A DNA stretch of 64,000 nucleotides from a virus: positions 1-64,000 of the IMG/VR virus record IMGVR_UViG_3300011113_000581. One strand, written 5' to 3'. Both the position numbers and the translations under genes were made by a program. Under the pieces are notes generated by a model, which saw only the letters and a program-made list of their open reading frames with translations, was not told the DNA's origin and searched no databases. Positions 38,416 through 48,578 of the stretch are shown here, piece by piece; within the stretch, counting starts at the first letter, position 1; the number at the start of each line of letters is the position of its first letter.

Positions 38416-39435
38416 CTACGGTTGAGGCACAAAGTTCTGCTCTGTATTCTTTTTGGTTTTCCATGCATTAGATAGTTGAGGTAAGGCTGTCCCTGGGAAA
38501 GGAACAAAGCCATTGTCTAACATGTTATCAAAAAGATCCCATGCATTGTGTTGCGTAAATACTTCTTTAGGTTTGTAGGTTTTCCATGCAGGCAACGGAG
38601 CCATAGAACCATGTTTGGTATACAGAACAAGGAATCGACCTTTATCTGATTTACCTTCTGGTGGTGCGTACCACCAAGCCGTAGCATCTCTTGGTGCTTG
38701 ACCACGGCAATTGTTACGTACCTCAGTCCTTTTAACAAGAAGCTGACGATAACGTTTCATCCAAGTTAAGTGAATACACCAAGGTTGATACCCTTCAATC
38801 TCAGCCTGGAACTCAGACAAATTATTTAGTTGTCTTTGGAAAGAACCGCAAGAGCAGTATGGTGTTTTCTGAAGTTCTTTATTGCAATTAACTTCATTGC
38901 TTTCATTATCCTCACTTGGATCCAAATAGCTTTCATTAATGATGTGGAAACCGTCAGGGGCAACCAAATGTCCCAGGTCAGCCTGATCACTCTGTAAAAG
39001 TGTCTCAAGTTTAATCCGATCCGATATGTGAATAAATTTATCTGCCCACGAACGCTGAGCTTGCGCCGCAAACGAGAGGTGCCCAAGTGCGTGGCTGTAG
39101 TGCCAACCCTTGAACATGATGTATGCATTGTTATGCCAAATGGATGGACCACGGTAGTTAGGACCTAGGTAAGAGAAAAAGTCTTTAAGGCGAAAAGTAA
39201 ATTGCTGGTATGCAGCCTTGACTAAGTTCCTGTCATAAGTTTGCTCAGTACCATCGTTACGCACCACGATAACAGAATCATCTCGCAAATAAATTGCGGA
39301 GATTTCCGTGTCATCAAATTCCGGAAACGCACGTCTGATGTTACTCCGTGTGTAAATAATTTGTTGAGCCTGGTTAAGTTCTTTGATGAGTTTAGTGGTC
39401 ATAATTGAATTGAGTTTGTGTTGATTTCCTGACAT
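38416..39435 (-). CDS. SWIM zinc-finger protein
   Basis: CSCGSF...WCIH. Confidence 0.6.
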   Translation of the reverse strand: MSGNQHKLNSIMTTKLIKELNQAQQIIYTRSNIRRAFPEFDDTEISAIYLRDDSVIVVRNDGTEQTYDRNLVKAAYQQFTFRLKDFFSYLGPNYRGPSIWHNNAYIMFKGWHYSHALGHLSFAAQAQRSWADKFIHISDRIKLETLLQSDQADLGHLVAPDGFHIINESYLDPSEDNESNEVNCNKELQKTPYCSCGSFQRQLNNLSEFQAEIEGYQPWCIHLTWMKRYRQLLVKRTEVRNNCRGQAPRDATAWWYAPPEGKSDKGRFLVLYTKHGSMAPLPAWKTYKPKEVFTQHNAWDLFDNMLDNGFVPFPGTALPQLSNAWKTKKNTEQNFVPQP

Positions 39436-39651
39436 GCTCAGGATTTGGATTTAAATTTTTCAGCCTGGTACACACCGGTAGTAATTTTGTATGTACCAAA
39501 GACTGCTGTTGCAAGGGCGATGGGCGTGCCAATCATAGCAGCAATTCCACCTGCAATCAAACCAGTTGCAACTCCTGTAACAAACGCAACTTTTTCTTCA
39601 TGTTTCATTTGATTATTGTGAGTAGAATTAATTATCTTCAAATAAAAACTT

Positions 39652-39906
39652 ATGGAAGAAACTTACATTCCACTGCATAAGTTTGAAATAGATCCTTCAA
39701 TGGATGATTTGTTTTGGGAAGAAAAAATTAAACGTACAATTCAAGAGTGTAATTCGGTTAGTACTTTAAAAGAAATGGCAACCCTCTTGGCGAGGATTGC
39801 CACGCAACGTCAAGGTGTAATTCGTGGGTTAATCAAAGACATTCACGTTTTTAACAATATGTTAATTGATGTAAATGAAATTGCTAACCCAGAAATTAAA
39901 CCTTAG
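39652..39906 (+). CDS. Hypothetical protein, lone plus-strand gene in the early arm
   Basis: 84-aa ORF. Confidence 0.55.
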   Translation: MEETYIPLHKFEIDPSMDDLFWEEKIKRTIQECNSVSTLKEMATLLARIATQRQGVIRGLIKDIHVFNNMLIDVNEIANPEIKP

Positions 39907-41030
39907 AAACTGTAGTTTTCACCAGTATCAGGATCTTGTGCAGATGCAAGAGCTTTCACTTCGACATCTACATCTGCAGTTCTAGACACCGGAAGAATTT
40001 GTACACCTTCTTTGATTCCGTAAGCACCACCAAGACGTTGTGCATCTTGATATGCATGTTGGTTAATGTAGTCTACAAATATTTCTTGGCATTTCCAAGT
40101 TGATTCACGATCTTCATCAGGAATTGAAAGACGATTCAGTGATTCAATTGCATTTTCTTGAGAACTGTAATCAGGAATTTCAAAAGATTCGATAGCGCAG
40201 ATTTCAACATTATTAGCACCGCGCATTTCATTAGCAAGTACAGGTATAAACACCGTAGTAGCATAAAACTTTTCGTTAAATGCTAAAGGTACTTCAGCTC
40301 CTAACGCTTTACTTAAACACTTAGACATTTCTTTTTCATACAACTTAATTTTATCTGCTGCATCAGTACCATTCAAACCTTTGAGTGTTAGTACAATTGG
40401 AATCTTGTGCGCACGTTTGTTGTCCTGGGTCAGGATATAAACTAGATATTTAGTACGAACACTATACTTACGGCGGTACATTTCACCTTTGCTGTTAGCA
40501 AGATCAGATGCAACTTTATCTGCATCCCAAAGTTTTTTGATTTCAGGATCATCAAATGAACCAATTGTCTGTTTCATCCCTGTGGTTTCTTCTACCATCA
40601 AAGGAGAACGTAACAAAATTTGCATGCGTGGCTCAGTAAAATTCAAGCCTTCTTCAACAGAAGTATTAGGTGCTATACCAAAGGTTTGTTTGTAATTCCA
40701 GATAACTGAATCTTTAGCAAATTGATCTTCTGTTGCAGTCCATCCGCATGTATCTAAATCAATTTTGCGGACAAACCATCCACGTACTTTAGATTTGTTT
40801 AAAGGTTGAATTGTAACAATACCTTGATAGCCAGTAATAAACTCTTTAGATTGAAAAAGTTTAAAGGAATCAAGCCCTCTAGTTGCAATCGCAGATGTTT
40901 CCTTAGTAGCAAGTGCAGATGTTTTCTTAGTAGTCATAACTTTAGTCGGAAGTTTTTCAGAAATAGTTTCTTTGGTAGGCTCTTCAGTTGGATCAGGTTT
41001 TTTTAGTAGATCAAGGACTGATTCAGTCAT
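39903..41030 (-). CDS. Hypothetical protein, possibly replication/recombination related
   Basis: 375-aa ORF near SSB with acidic tail DPDTGE. Confidence 0.7.
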   Translation of the reverse strand: MTESVLDLLKKPDPTEEPTKETISEKLPTKVMTTKKTSALATKETSAIATRGLDSFKLFQSKEFITGYQGIVTIQPLNKSKVRGWFVRKIDLDTCGWTATEDQFAKDSVIWNYKQTFGIAPNTSVEEGLNFTEPRMQILLRSPLMVEETTGMKQTIGSFDDPEIKKLWDADKVASDLANSKGEMYRRKYSVRTKYLVYILTQDNKRAHKIPIVLTLKGLNGTDAADKIKLYEKEMSKCLSKALGAEVPLAFNEKFYATTVFIPVLANEMRGANNVEICAIESFEIPDYSSQENAIESLNRLSIPDEDRESTWKCQEIFVDYINQHAYQDAQRLGGAYGIKEGVQILPVSRTADVDVEVKALASAQDPDTGENYSF

Positions 41031-41050
41031 TGTGTTGTTGAGTTGGTGAG

Positions 41051-41079
41051 TGGGCAGTTTAACGTCGTACCTAGGACGT
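41051..41079 (-). ncRNA. Family A pseudoknot element, copy 2
   Basis: ACGUC-C-UAGGUA-C-GACGU-UAAAC-UGCCCA. Confidence 0.8.
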
Positions 41080-41354
41080 GCCTCACTCTAGATCAAGGTC
41101 AAGGTTTGGCTTAGGAAGATTAAAGGTTTTTAACAATTCATTGTTACGCTTTTCTTCTAAATCAAAATATTCTTCTGAGATAGAAGACATGTGTTCATAA
41201 ATTGCTTTGTTGTAATGACCACAACCAAGAAGAAAACAAACAAATTGATCAATGACATCAGTAACATACATAGAAGTAAGTGTATGTATTGTTGATCTAT
41301 CACCGTCAATATGTTTGAATTCAAAGTAATTAAACTGTTCTGTTTCAGTCATAA

Positions 41355-42170
41355 TCAAAAGGGAGGTTCGCCATCGTCATCTGTAGGAGAGTTTAGTGTA
41401 TAGCCTGGGAGGTCAGGCAGGTTGGTTCCCGTTTGGGCACCCCAAGGTTCAGCAAGATCTTCAGCGACCTTACCGCCCCACAGGCTAGCTACTCCAGTGC
41501 CAGATGCAACAGTTGTTTGTGGTTGAATAGATTTATTTTCGCTATTGTCTTTAGGTGACAAAGTCATAGATACCAATTGAATCTTGGTAGCAACTTTGCG
41601 CTCTTTAGTTTCTTTATCAGTCCAAGCATCAGTTACCAATCTGCCCTGGATCGTAAGACCTACACCTTTACGCGTGAAGTTAACAAGAAGTTCAGCATTG
41701 TTTAACTTATCTTCTGCAGTATTAATTGCATAGAAGTTAAACAGATCTGACTGATTTCTACCCATATAAACACCAAGGGTTTGATTGCAAATCATTAACC
41801 CATCCGGTGTAGTTTTAAATGCACGTGCATCATTTTGGTCGATGTCTTTAACACACCTTCCACTGAGAATGATTGTATTAAGGATTGGGAATGATGCGTC
41901 AACTTGTGTAACAATTCCTCCATGCAAGGAATACGTTTTTGTATTGATGTCGTATCGCAGCTTGGCGCCGTGAATGTAGATTTGTGCATTTGCTGGTACA
42001 CGGGCAAACCGTTCAGCAGCCTTGCCATAAACATTTAGTTGAATTGGAGTTGGTGCTTTATTACCTACTGGAGGCAACAACACATTACATACAGTTGCAA
42101 AAGAGCTTTCGCTAATTGCTTTTTCTTTAGGTGCTTCAGTTGTCTGGGCACAAAGGAATGAAAGATTCAT
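41355..42170 (-). CDS. ssb: Single-stranded DNA-binding protein with two OB-fold-like halves
   Basis: IILSGR, RKGVGLTIQGRLVTDAWTDKET, acidic tail DDDGEPPF; start moved to ATG 42170. Confidence 0.8.
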   Translation of the reverse strand: MNLSFLCAQTTEAPKEKAISESSFATVCNVLLPPVGNKAPTPIQLNVYGKAAERFARVPANAQIYIHGAKLRYDINTKTYSLHGGIVTQVDASFPILNTIILSGRCVKDIDQNDARAFKTTPDGLMICNQTLGVYMGRNQSDLFNFYAINTAEDKLNNAELLVNFTRKGVGLTIQGRLVTDAWTDKETKERKVATKIQLVSMTLSPKDNSENKSIQPQTTVASGTGVASLWGGKVAEDLAEPWGAQTGTNLPDLPGYTLNSPTDDDGEPPF

Positions 42171-42190
42171 TAGATTAAACAGTTGGTGGT

Positions 42191-42219
42191 AAAACAGTTT
42201 AACGTCATACCTGGGACGG
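42191..42219 (-). ncRNA. Family A pseudoknot element, copy 3 (upstream of ssb)
   Basis: CGUC-C-CAGGUA-U-GACG-UUAAAC-UGUUUU; weak stem 2. Confidence 0.7.
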
Positions 42220-42223
42220 TACA

Positions 42224-44089
42224 TCAGTGTGTATCAAACCAGGTGTAGCCTACCTTAGCATCGCCATCGATAGGACAACGGAAGTTAAAGAAGTGTTGAG
42301 CTTTTGGAAAAGCTTCCAATGCTACAGACTTAAGTGTATCCGTTAGCTCTGGTTTGCAAGCCAACTGGACTTCATCATGGATCATAGCTGCTTGTTGCCA
42401 ATCAATACCATGGACATAACCAAGTTCATCCATATCTGTATGAATGTTAATAACAACTTGTTTCATAATTAATGCACCTGCTGATTGCAATAAAACATTC
42501 AATGCTTTGAAATCAGACCTGCAATAAAGAATACGTTTATCTAAACCACGCAACCAGTTATTTTGTTGTAGTGTTTTTGCAAGATGTTCTTTAAGTTTAC
42601 GTAGTGCTGGGACACCATCCATGAATGAATTAATTGCAGTACTACCTAGTTTGCGCAGTATTATTTCATTTTTTTCATTCGGATCAATAACAGTTCCTGC
42701 TTTAAGTGCACCGGCTCCATAGGCTACAGCGTATAGAAGACGCTTTGAAATATCTCTGGTAGCTACACCAAAACGTTCTTGATTATAAACATGAATGTCG
42801 ATTGATTCATCTGTTACTACACGTGCGTACTCACCGTTATCCCAGTATGCAAGATAACCAGCAAGACACCTAAGTTCCAAAGCTTTGGCATCTACACCAA
42901 TTAACTCCCAACCATCTGGTGCATGAAACAAAGATCTACATTCTTTACCATAGGGTGAATATGCTGCTGGCACTTGAGCCATATTTGGATCACGATGGCT
43001 ACAACGTCCAGTAATACAACCATTAGTTATTACATCACCATGTACACAACCAGTGTCATTATTAACTAACTTAAGCCAAGCATTTTTACCATCAGCAATT
43101 TGACCAAGACGTTTCTCAATCAACATATATTCAGCTAAAGGTTTGGCTTCTGGATACGGAAGCTTTTCAAGTACGTCATCATCAAGGACAGGGTTTCCTT
43201 TTTCAGTTGACTTACTTGGTTTCCATCCATATTTTTGTTGGAGCCGCTGAACAATTTGCTGTCTGGATCCAGGATTAAATTCTTCCAGTCGAACTTTTTC
43301 AAACGGAACTCCTTTTACATAACCACGTGCTTTGTTATTAACCTTTGGTATAAATACTTCTTTATGTTCAATAGGTGGAAAAATTTCTTTTAGATGTGTT
43401 TGTAGTTCTGTTTCTTTTGCTCTGAGACTATCCACCAGATCAAGAGCTGCATCCACATCAAAAGGAAAACCTGCTCGCACTTGTGACTCAATACATCTAG
43501 CAAAGTCATGTTCAAGCTTAAGTGCTGGCTCTGGATAGTTTTGATTTTGAATTTTTTCAAATAATTTTGTAGTAACTGCAACGTCTTGCCTACAATACTC
43601 AGCCATTGCTTCCGAGTATTCTGAGAAGTCTTTGAAGTCAATCTTGTAATCAGCCAACCGATAGCCCCATGCCTTAAGTGAGGCTGAACCACGGAGATTC
43701 TTTGGAACCTCCGTATATTGTTCTTCATCAAGTTCATAAAGTTTTTCTTTGGGCCAAATGAGTCGAGTACAAATGAGTGTGTCAATAACTCGTGCAGCTT
43801 TAAACGTATAAAACGGATAGAGCTTACGAATTACAGGCAAGTCGTAGAACAAGATGTTATGGCCAATGAGCACATGAGCCCGAGCCAAATGCTCGAGACC
43901 ACTAGCAATATCATCAGGCCCATAAGTAAAAGTTTGTTTTCGCTGGACATCATACAGTACCAAGCAATGTATCTTTGTAACCTTGTCATAAAGATTATCA
44001 GTTTCTAAATCAAACACATACCAGTTCTCAACCTCTGAACTTGCCTTCAGCGGAAACTTCAAGGTTTTGACTAGCGAGGTCTGTGTCAT
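42224..44089 (-). CDS. polA: Family A DNA polymerase, T7-like, with 3'-5' exonuclease
   Basis: FDLETD, GHNILFYD, YCRQDV, DAKALELR, KRLLYAVAYGAG, HDE. Confidence 0.95.
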   Translation of the reverse strand: MTQTSLVKTLKFPLKASSEVENWYVFDLETDNLYDKVTKIHCLVLYDVQRKQTFTYGPDDIASGLEHLARAHVLIGHNILFYDLPVIRKLYPFYTFKAARVIDTLICTRLIWPKEKLYELDEEQYTEVPKNLRGSASLKAWGYRLADYKIDFKDFSEYSEAMAEYCRQDVAVTTKLFEKIQNQNYPEPALKLEHDFARCIESQVRAGFPFDVDAALDLVDSLRAKETELQTHLKEIFPPIEHKEVFIPKVNNKARGYVKGVPFEKVRLEEFNPGSRQQIVQRLQQKYGWKPSKSTEKGNPVLDDDVLEKLPYPEAKPLAEYMLIEKRLGQIADGKNAWLKLVNNDTGCVHGDVITNGCITGRCSHRDPNMAQVPAAYSPYGKECRSLFHAPDGWELIGVDAKALELRCLAGYLAYWDNGEYARVVTDESIDIHVYNQERFGVATRDISKRLLYAVAYGAGALKAGTVIDPNEKNEIILRKLGSTAINSFMDGVPALRKLKEHLAKTLQQNNWLRGLDKRILYCRSDFKALNVLLQSAGALIMKQVVINIHTDMDELGYVHGIDWQQAAMIHDEVQLACKPELTDTLKSVALEAFPKAQHFFNFRCPIDGDAKVGYTWFDTH

Positions 44090-44261
44090 TTTCAAGAATC
44101 CATTGCAAGATCTGCGCTGCACCAACGCGATACGGATGACAAAAAACTTTTGACAAATCCGAATCAGATTCTACAGGAATCAAAACAAATTTGTTTGTTT
44201 CTAAATCAGCACGTACACAGTAATTAACACCATCTTTACATGTTGAAATAACGTACGACAT
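44028..44261 (-). CDS. Hypothetical protein
   Basis: 77-aa ORF. Confidence 0.55.
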   Translation of the reverse strand: MSYVISTCKDGVNYCVRADLETNKFVLIPVESDSDLSKVFCHPYRVGAAQILQWILENDTDLASQNLEVSAEGKFRG

Positions 44262-44337
44262 AAAAATTCCAAAAGAAAGAACAGTTAAATAATACTGTCT
44301 TTCTTTTGGAATGCAAGAATGTCAGCCAATAAATATT

Positions 44338-45108
44338 TTATTTTTTGTAACCAGTCCATTGACCATTCTTACGTCTAGCTGCCAATGCTTTGGATGCTTC
44401 GGAGCCAGCACGCTGAACATTATGAACAAGTAAAGCAAAAGAGCTGGGACCAAAGCAATGACTGTCATCGTGGTCAATCTCAAGTCCCATTTGCTCAGCT
44501 TGTTTTTCTGTGTATACAACATAAGCTACACGATAAAAAACTTCTGGATACCTGGGAATTAAATAGTCAAGCGTACCGCCAACCGATGCAGTCAAATAAA
44601 AGTTATCCGGGATTACATGACGTGATTCATACCACATACCCAAAGATTTTGTGTAGGCATAAAACTTGATATCAGGATTTTGCCTAGCAACCTGGAGCCA
44701 GGCACGGAAATACAATTCAGTATAAAAATCACCACTCTCATGCACACGTACAAGATCACAAGGTTCACGTACAGGTTGTGCAGCTTGAATAGAGTCATGA
44801 ATAAGTTGAGTTAGTAATGTAAGTTTTTCTTCTGGTCGATCAACAGAATACATTACTTCTTTAATCAGATCCCAGTTACTCCAACGTGATTCGCGTACGC
44901 CTGGCCTAGTTTCTGCCATTGCAGCAAAGCAACGATAGTCTTGCCAGCTTGGCCCGTTCTCTTGTGGCAGATCAGTAATCTTCCCTGTGGTGCGATCAGC
45001 CATTGTCTTACACACACCAGCGTGTGGACAAGAATAACCTGCTGGCAAACTAAAAATCAAACGTTTACCAAGTTTGGCATTACCTGTGGAAAAGTTAAGT
45101 AAGTTCAT
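44338..45108 (-). CDS. Gene product 88 (GP88)-like protein
   Basis: GNAKL..FSLPAGYSCP, CFA, RVHESGDFY, FYAYTKS. Confidence 0.75.
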   Translation of the reverse strand: MNLLNFSTGNAKLGKRLIFSLPAGYSCPHAGVCKTMADRTTGKITDLPQENGPSWQDYRCFAAMAETRPGVRESRWSNWDLIKEVMYSVDRPEEKLTLLTQLIHDSIQAAQPVREPCDLVRVHESGDFYTELYFRAWLQVARQNPDIKFYAYTKSLGMWYESRHVIPDNFYLTASVGGTLDYLIPRYPEVFYRVAYVVYTEKQAEQMGLEIDHDDSHCFGPSSFALLVHNVQRAGSEASKALAARRKNGQWTGYKK

Positions 45109-45129
45109 AGTTGTGTTGAGTTGAGTGAA

Positions 45130-45157
45130 CAGGTAGTTTAATGTCATACCCAGGACA
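45130..45157 (-). ncRNA. Family A pseudoknot element, copy 4
   Basis: UGUC-C-UGGGUA-U-GACA-UUAAAC-UACCUG; compensatory changes. Confidence 0.8.
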
Positions 45158-45179
45158 AGTCAATTAAATTTTATACAAC

Positions 45180-45527
45180 TTAAATATGTTTCCAAGCATC
45201 ATATCTGAGTATGCGATTGATATGTGATTGAGACATCCCAAAAACTTTTGCAAGTTCTGTAGATGTTGCACCTTGTTTAGACATTGTTCTTAATCGAATA
45301 ACATCTTGTTCTTGTAATACAGCGGCATGGTTACTAACACTCTGTTGCTTTTGTGTTACAACTTTATGTTTATTAAGTATGTCAGCTTTAACTAAATAAT
45401 ACTTTTCAATAGTTCTAAATTTAAATTTACAATTGTTACAAACTAACCAACGATGAATTTCTGTTGGTGTTTGTTCTGTTGATTTAGTACGTGTCTTTTG
45501 TTGACACTTTGGACAAGTTAAGTTCAT
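45180..45527 (-). CDS. Zn-ribbon (NrdR/Ogr-like) plus HTH protein
   Basis: CPKC...CNNCKFKFRTIE; ELAKVFGMSQSHINRI. Confidence 0.7.
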   Translation of the reverse strand: MNLTCPKCQQKTRTKSTEQTPTEIHRWLVCNNCKFKFRTIEKYYLVKADILNKHKVVTQKQQSVSNHAAVLQEQDVIRLRTMSKQGATSTELAKVFGMSQSHINRILRYDAWKHI

Positions 45528-45799
45528 TAATTGCTCCGTCTACGAGGGCGGCCCCAGCGGGCTAAGACGGCGCGGGCGAAGGCAACGGCAGTCGCGTTCA
45601 TGCTGTCGCCAGGCAGCTTTAGAAGTGCTCTCCCGAACTCTTCCTCTAGCTTCTCATCCGTCGGCCCCTCCGGCTCGGGCTCGGCCAAAGCAGCGCAGGC
45701 GCGGTCAATGGCACGTTGTACCCCTGGCGGCTTGTACTGATTTGCGTCAAGCACTTCCTCGACCAGATTCTCAAGCAGTGTACGGAAGTCAGTGGTCAT
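45527..45799 (-). CDS. Hypothetical protein (GC-rich block)
   Basis: Coupled ORF. Confidence 0.6.
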   Translation of the reverse strand: MTTDFRTLLENLVEEVLDANQYKPPGVQRAIDRACAALAEPEPEGPTDEKLEEEFGRALLKLPGDSMNATAVAFARAVLARWGRPRRRSN

Positions 45800-46053
45800 T
45801 GCGCACCCTCCAGCTCGGCGGCGATGGCTTGCAGTTGGTGGTGAACGATTTGCTTGGCGTCTCTGAAGCCTTCCATGTATTCATTCATGGGGTAGCGCCC
45901 TGGGAAAGGCGCGACTTCATGCGCAGCAGCACGCAGGGCGGCGGCGGCAATCTCGTCAGCGGGGGCTGGGCAGATTTCAGTGACTACATCCAACACCGCC
46001 TGCGCGGCGGGACTCAGTGGGGTGGGGTTAGTCATCAAGTTGCTCCAGGGCAC
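45796..46053 (-). CDS. Hypothetical protein (GC-rich block)
   Basis: LSPAAQAVL...AIAAELEG. Confidence 0.6.
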   Translation of the reverse strand: MPWSNLMTNPTPLSPAAQAVLDVVTEICPAPADEIAAAALRAAAHEVAPFPGRYPMNEYMEGFRDAKQIVHHQLQAIAAELEGAQ

Positions 46054-46405
46054 AGAGAATAATTTTGTACTTGGCTCTTAAATCAGCGTTGACATTGATG
46101 CCTTCAATCAATACAGGATCAATGCGCATTGATTGTAACGCTTCCAGCGCCTGCTCTTTCAAGCTCAACGGCTTCGGGCGGCGGGCGGCGCGGAGATGCT
46201 TAGCGGCCTCTTGAGAGTCGTCAACGTCTGTGTTGTCCAACCACTCACAGCAAGCCTCCAGCTCCTGGTCGGCGCCAGTGCAAAAACCATCCCTCCAGGC
46301 GCAGTCCAACACATGATCAACGTTGTCTCGTTCGTTGAGGATGTTGTCTTCCCACTGCTTGAACAGCTCCGGCGGTGGGATGATCGAATGTTGTTGGTTA
46401 GTCAT
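46028..46405 (-). CDS. Hypothetical protein (GC-rich block)
   Basis: PPPEL...GADQELEACCEWL...RRPKPLSLKEQAL. Confidence 0.65.
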   Translation of the reverse strand: MTNQQHSIIPPPELFKQWEDNILNERDNVDHVLDCAWRDGFCTGADQELEACCEWLDNTDVDDSQEAAKHLRAARRPKPLSLKEQALEALQSMRIDPVLIEGINVNADLRAKYKIILCALEQLDD

Positions 46406-46692
46406 CGGTCGAAGTCCTTTCCACTTGTGGGTTTAGGAAGGTTGTCAAAACCATTAGGATTGATTGGATCAGGTAAGCCATCCTGGGGAAAGTTAAAAAA
46501 CTTTTCTACCCTGTAAACTTCATACTCAAAACATTCAGCAACCGCAAACGAATCTAGTTCATACTTGAAAGCTAATTCGTGTAGATCAAATGCTGTTATG
46601 TCTCGCATTTTGTTAAGCATGAATGTGCGAACAATTTGTTTTCCTTGATTTGATAAGGCCATTAGTCGCTTTCTCTTGTGTGTGTGGTTAAG

Positions 46693-47046
46693 TTACTCAA
46701 TTGCATTGCGGTAATCCTGGAGCACACCAGCTAGTTCATGTTCGTGGCACAAACGGAATTGTGCATGTGTTGATGACCTGCCATTGTCCCAAGCTACATC
46801 GTAGTAAGTGTAGGTGTGCTTGCGTGCATCTTTCTTTTCAAATACATTGGTTACAACACCAATGCGTTGAGTTGAATTATGCAATACAACAATTGCTTTC
46901 TCTGGTCTAATTGTTGGAATGTAATTGTCTTTTGGTTTTTCGGCAACGCGATCACCAACTTTGAATCGAATAATCTTGACGTGTTTAGACATGAGCCCAG
47001 ACTTTGTGGTTGACAATTCGTGATACATGACCACGGTTGATTCCAT
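46693..47046 (-). CDS. Hypothetical SH3/KOW-like protein
   Basis: FKVGDRV...GVV...YDVAWD. Confidence 0.5.
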   Translation of the reverse strand: MESTVVMYHELSTTKSGLMSKHVKIIRFKVGDRVAEKPKDNYIPTIRPEKAIVVLHNSTQRIGVVTNVFEKKDARKHTYTYYDVAWDNGRSSTHAQFRLCHEHELAGVLQDYRNAIE

Positions 47047-47323
47047 AAATTACAGAGATTGCAAAGTTTGATTTGCCTTCTGTTTTTAATTTACGGATAT
47101 CTAAAATGTTTTGTTCAGTTAAAACTGCATTACCATTTTTAGATCCTTGTGTGTCAGCTAGGTTACCACCACGTTTAGGACCACGGTGGTACTTGACGTA
47201 ACGCTCAATAGTTTGAAACTTTTGATTGCAATCAAGGCATCGGCAATAACGTTTAGTGTTTGTTTCTGAATGAACAGTGCAAGTAACACGGGTGTTTTTA
47301 CTGTCACACTTCAGACATTTCAT
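46985..47323 (-). CDS. Zn-ribbon (NrdR/Ogr-like) plus HTH protein, paralog of 45180..45527
   Basis: CLKC...RYCRCLDCNQKFQTIE; GNAVLTE; YGINRGHVSRIV..KVWAHV. Confidence 0.7.
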   Translation of the reverse strand: MKCLKCDSKNTRVTCTVHSETNTKRYCRCLDCNQKFQTIERYVKYHRGPKRGGNLADTQGSKNGNAVLTEQNILDIRKLKTEGKSNFAISVIYGINRGHVSRIVNHKVWAHV

Positions 47324-47594
47324 TAGTAGTTACAGGAACTTTGTTGAGTTGAAGTGAATCTAATGTGTGTACTGCTATGTCAATACCAACGAATGAAACA
47401 AGATCTTGAATGATCTCATCTTTGTGCTCGTGGTAGTACTCAGACAGTGACAGCTCTGCAAGCTTAAACAAAGTATTGAGATCCATTAGATCTACAATCT
47501 GTGCAATAGCTGCATCTCTTACTAGATCCCATGTGTGCTCAGGAATGTTGTCATTGATTTGTTGAATGAGTTGTTGTAGTTCTTCAGGTTGCAT

Positions 47595-47623
47595 AAAAGA
47601 AAGACCCCCGTTTACACGGGGGC
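47595..47623 (-). terminator. Rho-independent terminator
   Basis: Minus strand CCCCCG-TGTAAA-CGGGGG then TCTTTCTTTT. Confidence 0.7.
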
Positions 47624-47646
47624 TGGCTTGCACTTCGTTAGTTAGT

Positions 47647-48003
47647 TTAAGCTGCTTGAGCACTGGTGTCAATGATGTTATCCATCATGCCAGCCTCACG
47701 CATTTTATCTAGCATTGCGCACATAACAGTTGCATGCTCATGTGTTTTATCCATAAAAGCTTTGGCACGTTCAGCAGTAATGGTATGAACGGTACCATTA
47801 GCTTCAATGTATTGCCAGCTACCATCAGGCATTGGCTGCCCTTGGAGCGCAAGACGTTCTGAGTTACGTACGTACCTGAACTCAAGATTGTGACAATCAG
47901 TAAGACCGTCTACATCAGTCCAAGTTAGGCCAAGATTGTAACGCTTATCCTCATCCATGTAACCATGGGGCTGAGGAATAAGATGTTTGAAGTAGGAAAG
48001 CAT
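47647..48003 (-). CDS. Hypothetical protein
   Basis: 118-aa ORF between a family B element and a terminator. Confidence 0.7.
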   Translation of the reverse strand: MLSYFKHLIPQPHGYMDEDKRYNLGLTWTDVDGLTDCHNLEFRYVRNSERLALQGQPMPDGSWQYIEANGTVHTITAERAKAFMDKTHEHATVMCAMLDKMREAGMMDNIIDTSAQAA

Positions 48004-48031
48004 GGTTTTAAATTAAGTGTGGATTGGTACC

Positions 48032-48059
48032 CTGGGACTTATACCTTACGGATGCCCAG
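48032..48059 (-). ncRNA. Family B internal-loop hairpin, copy 1
   Basis: CUGGG-CAU-CC-GUAA-GG-UAUAAGU-CCCAG. Confidence 0.75.
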
Positions 48060-48062
48060 TTT

Positions 48063-48563
48063 TTATGTTACATATTTATTATTAAGAATATAATGCAATG
48101 TTCCTTTAGAACTAATATTAAATTTTTCCATTAAAGCTTTATATCCTAAACCATTTGAATGATCGTTTTTAATCTGATTAATTTGATCTTTTGTGTATTT
48201 GCGTATACAACTTGATGCTTTAATTGCATGATTCAATCGTTGTTTTGAACATCTGTCTAACATGTTTTCTGTTTGAGTTCCAATGCAAATATTGTCAAAC
48301 GAATTATCTTTACTATTTCCATTTAAATGTCTAACAACTATGCCAACTTCAAATAATTTTTCTTGATATTTTTCATACGCAACTAAACGATGCAGAAATA
48401 CTTTATGTGTTTTTGTACTTATTTTTAAATTAAAAAATAAATAGCCAGACTGAGAGCAACTTAATTTTAAAGGTTCTTTCTTGCGAATACCATAAACAAT
48501 ATTATTTTTTACTCGATAGCCTTTTCGATAAGCACATATTAAAGCGGTTTGAGCTTGATTCAT
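48063..48563 (-). CDS. HNH homing endonuclease
   Basis: HRLVA...VRHLNGNSKDNSFDNI.IGTQTEN; start ATG 48563 just after the tRNA. Confidence 0.85.
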   Translation of the reverse strand: MNQAQTALICAYRKGYRVKNNIVYGIRKKEPLKLSCSQSGYLFFNLKISTKTHKVFLHRLVAYEKYQEKLFEVGIVVRHLNGNSKDNSFDNICIGTQTENMLDRCSKQRLNHAIKASSCIRKYTKDQINQIKNDHSNGLGYKALMEKFNISSKGTLHYILNNKYVT

Positions 48564-48578
48564 AAATAATAAAAAGAC

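Noticed and set aside
21222-44089. Introns or inteins in primase-helicase and PolA
   Set aside because: Both ORFs are continuous, of normal length, with motifs in order and no obvious intein signatures.
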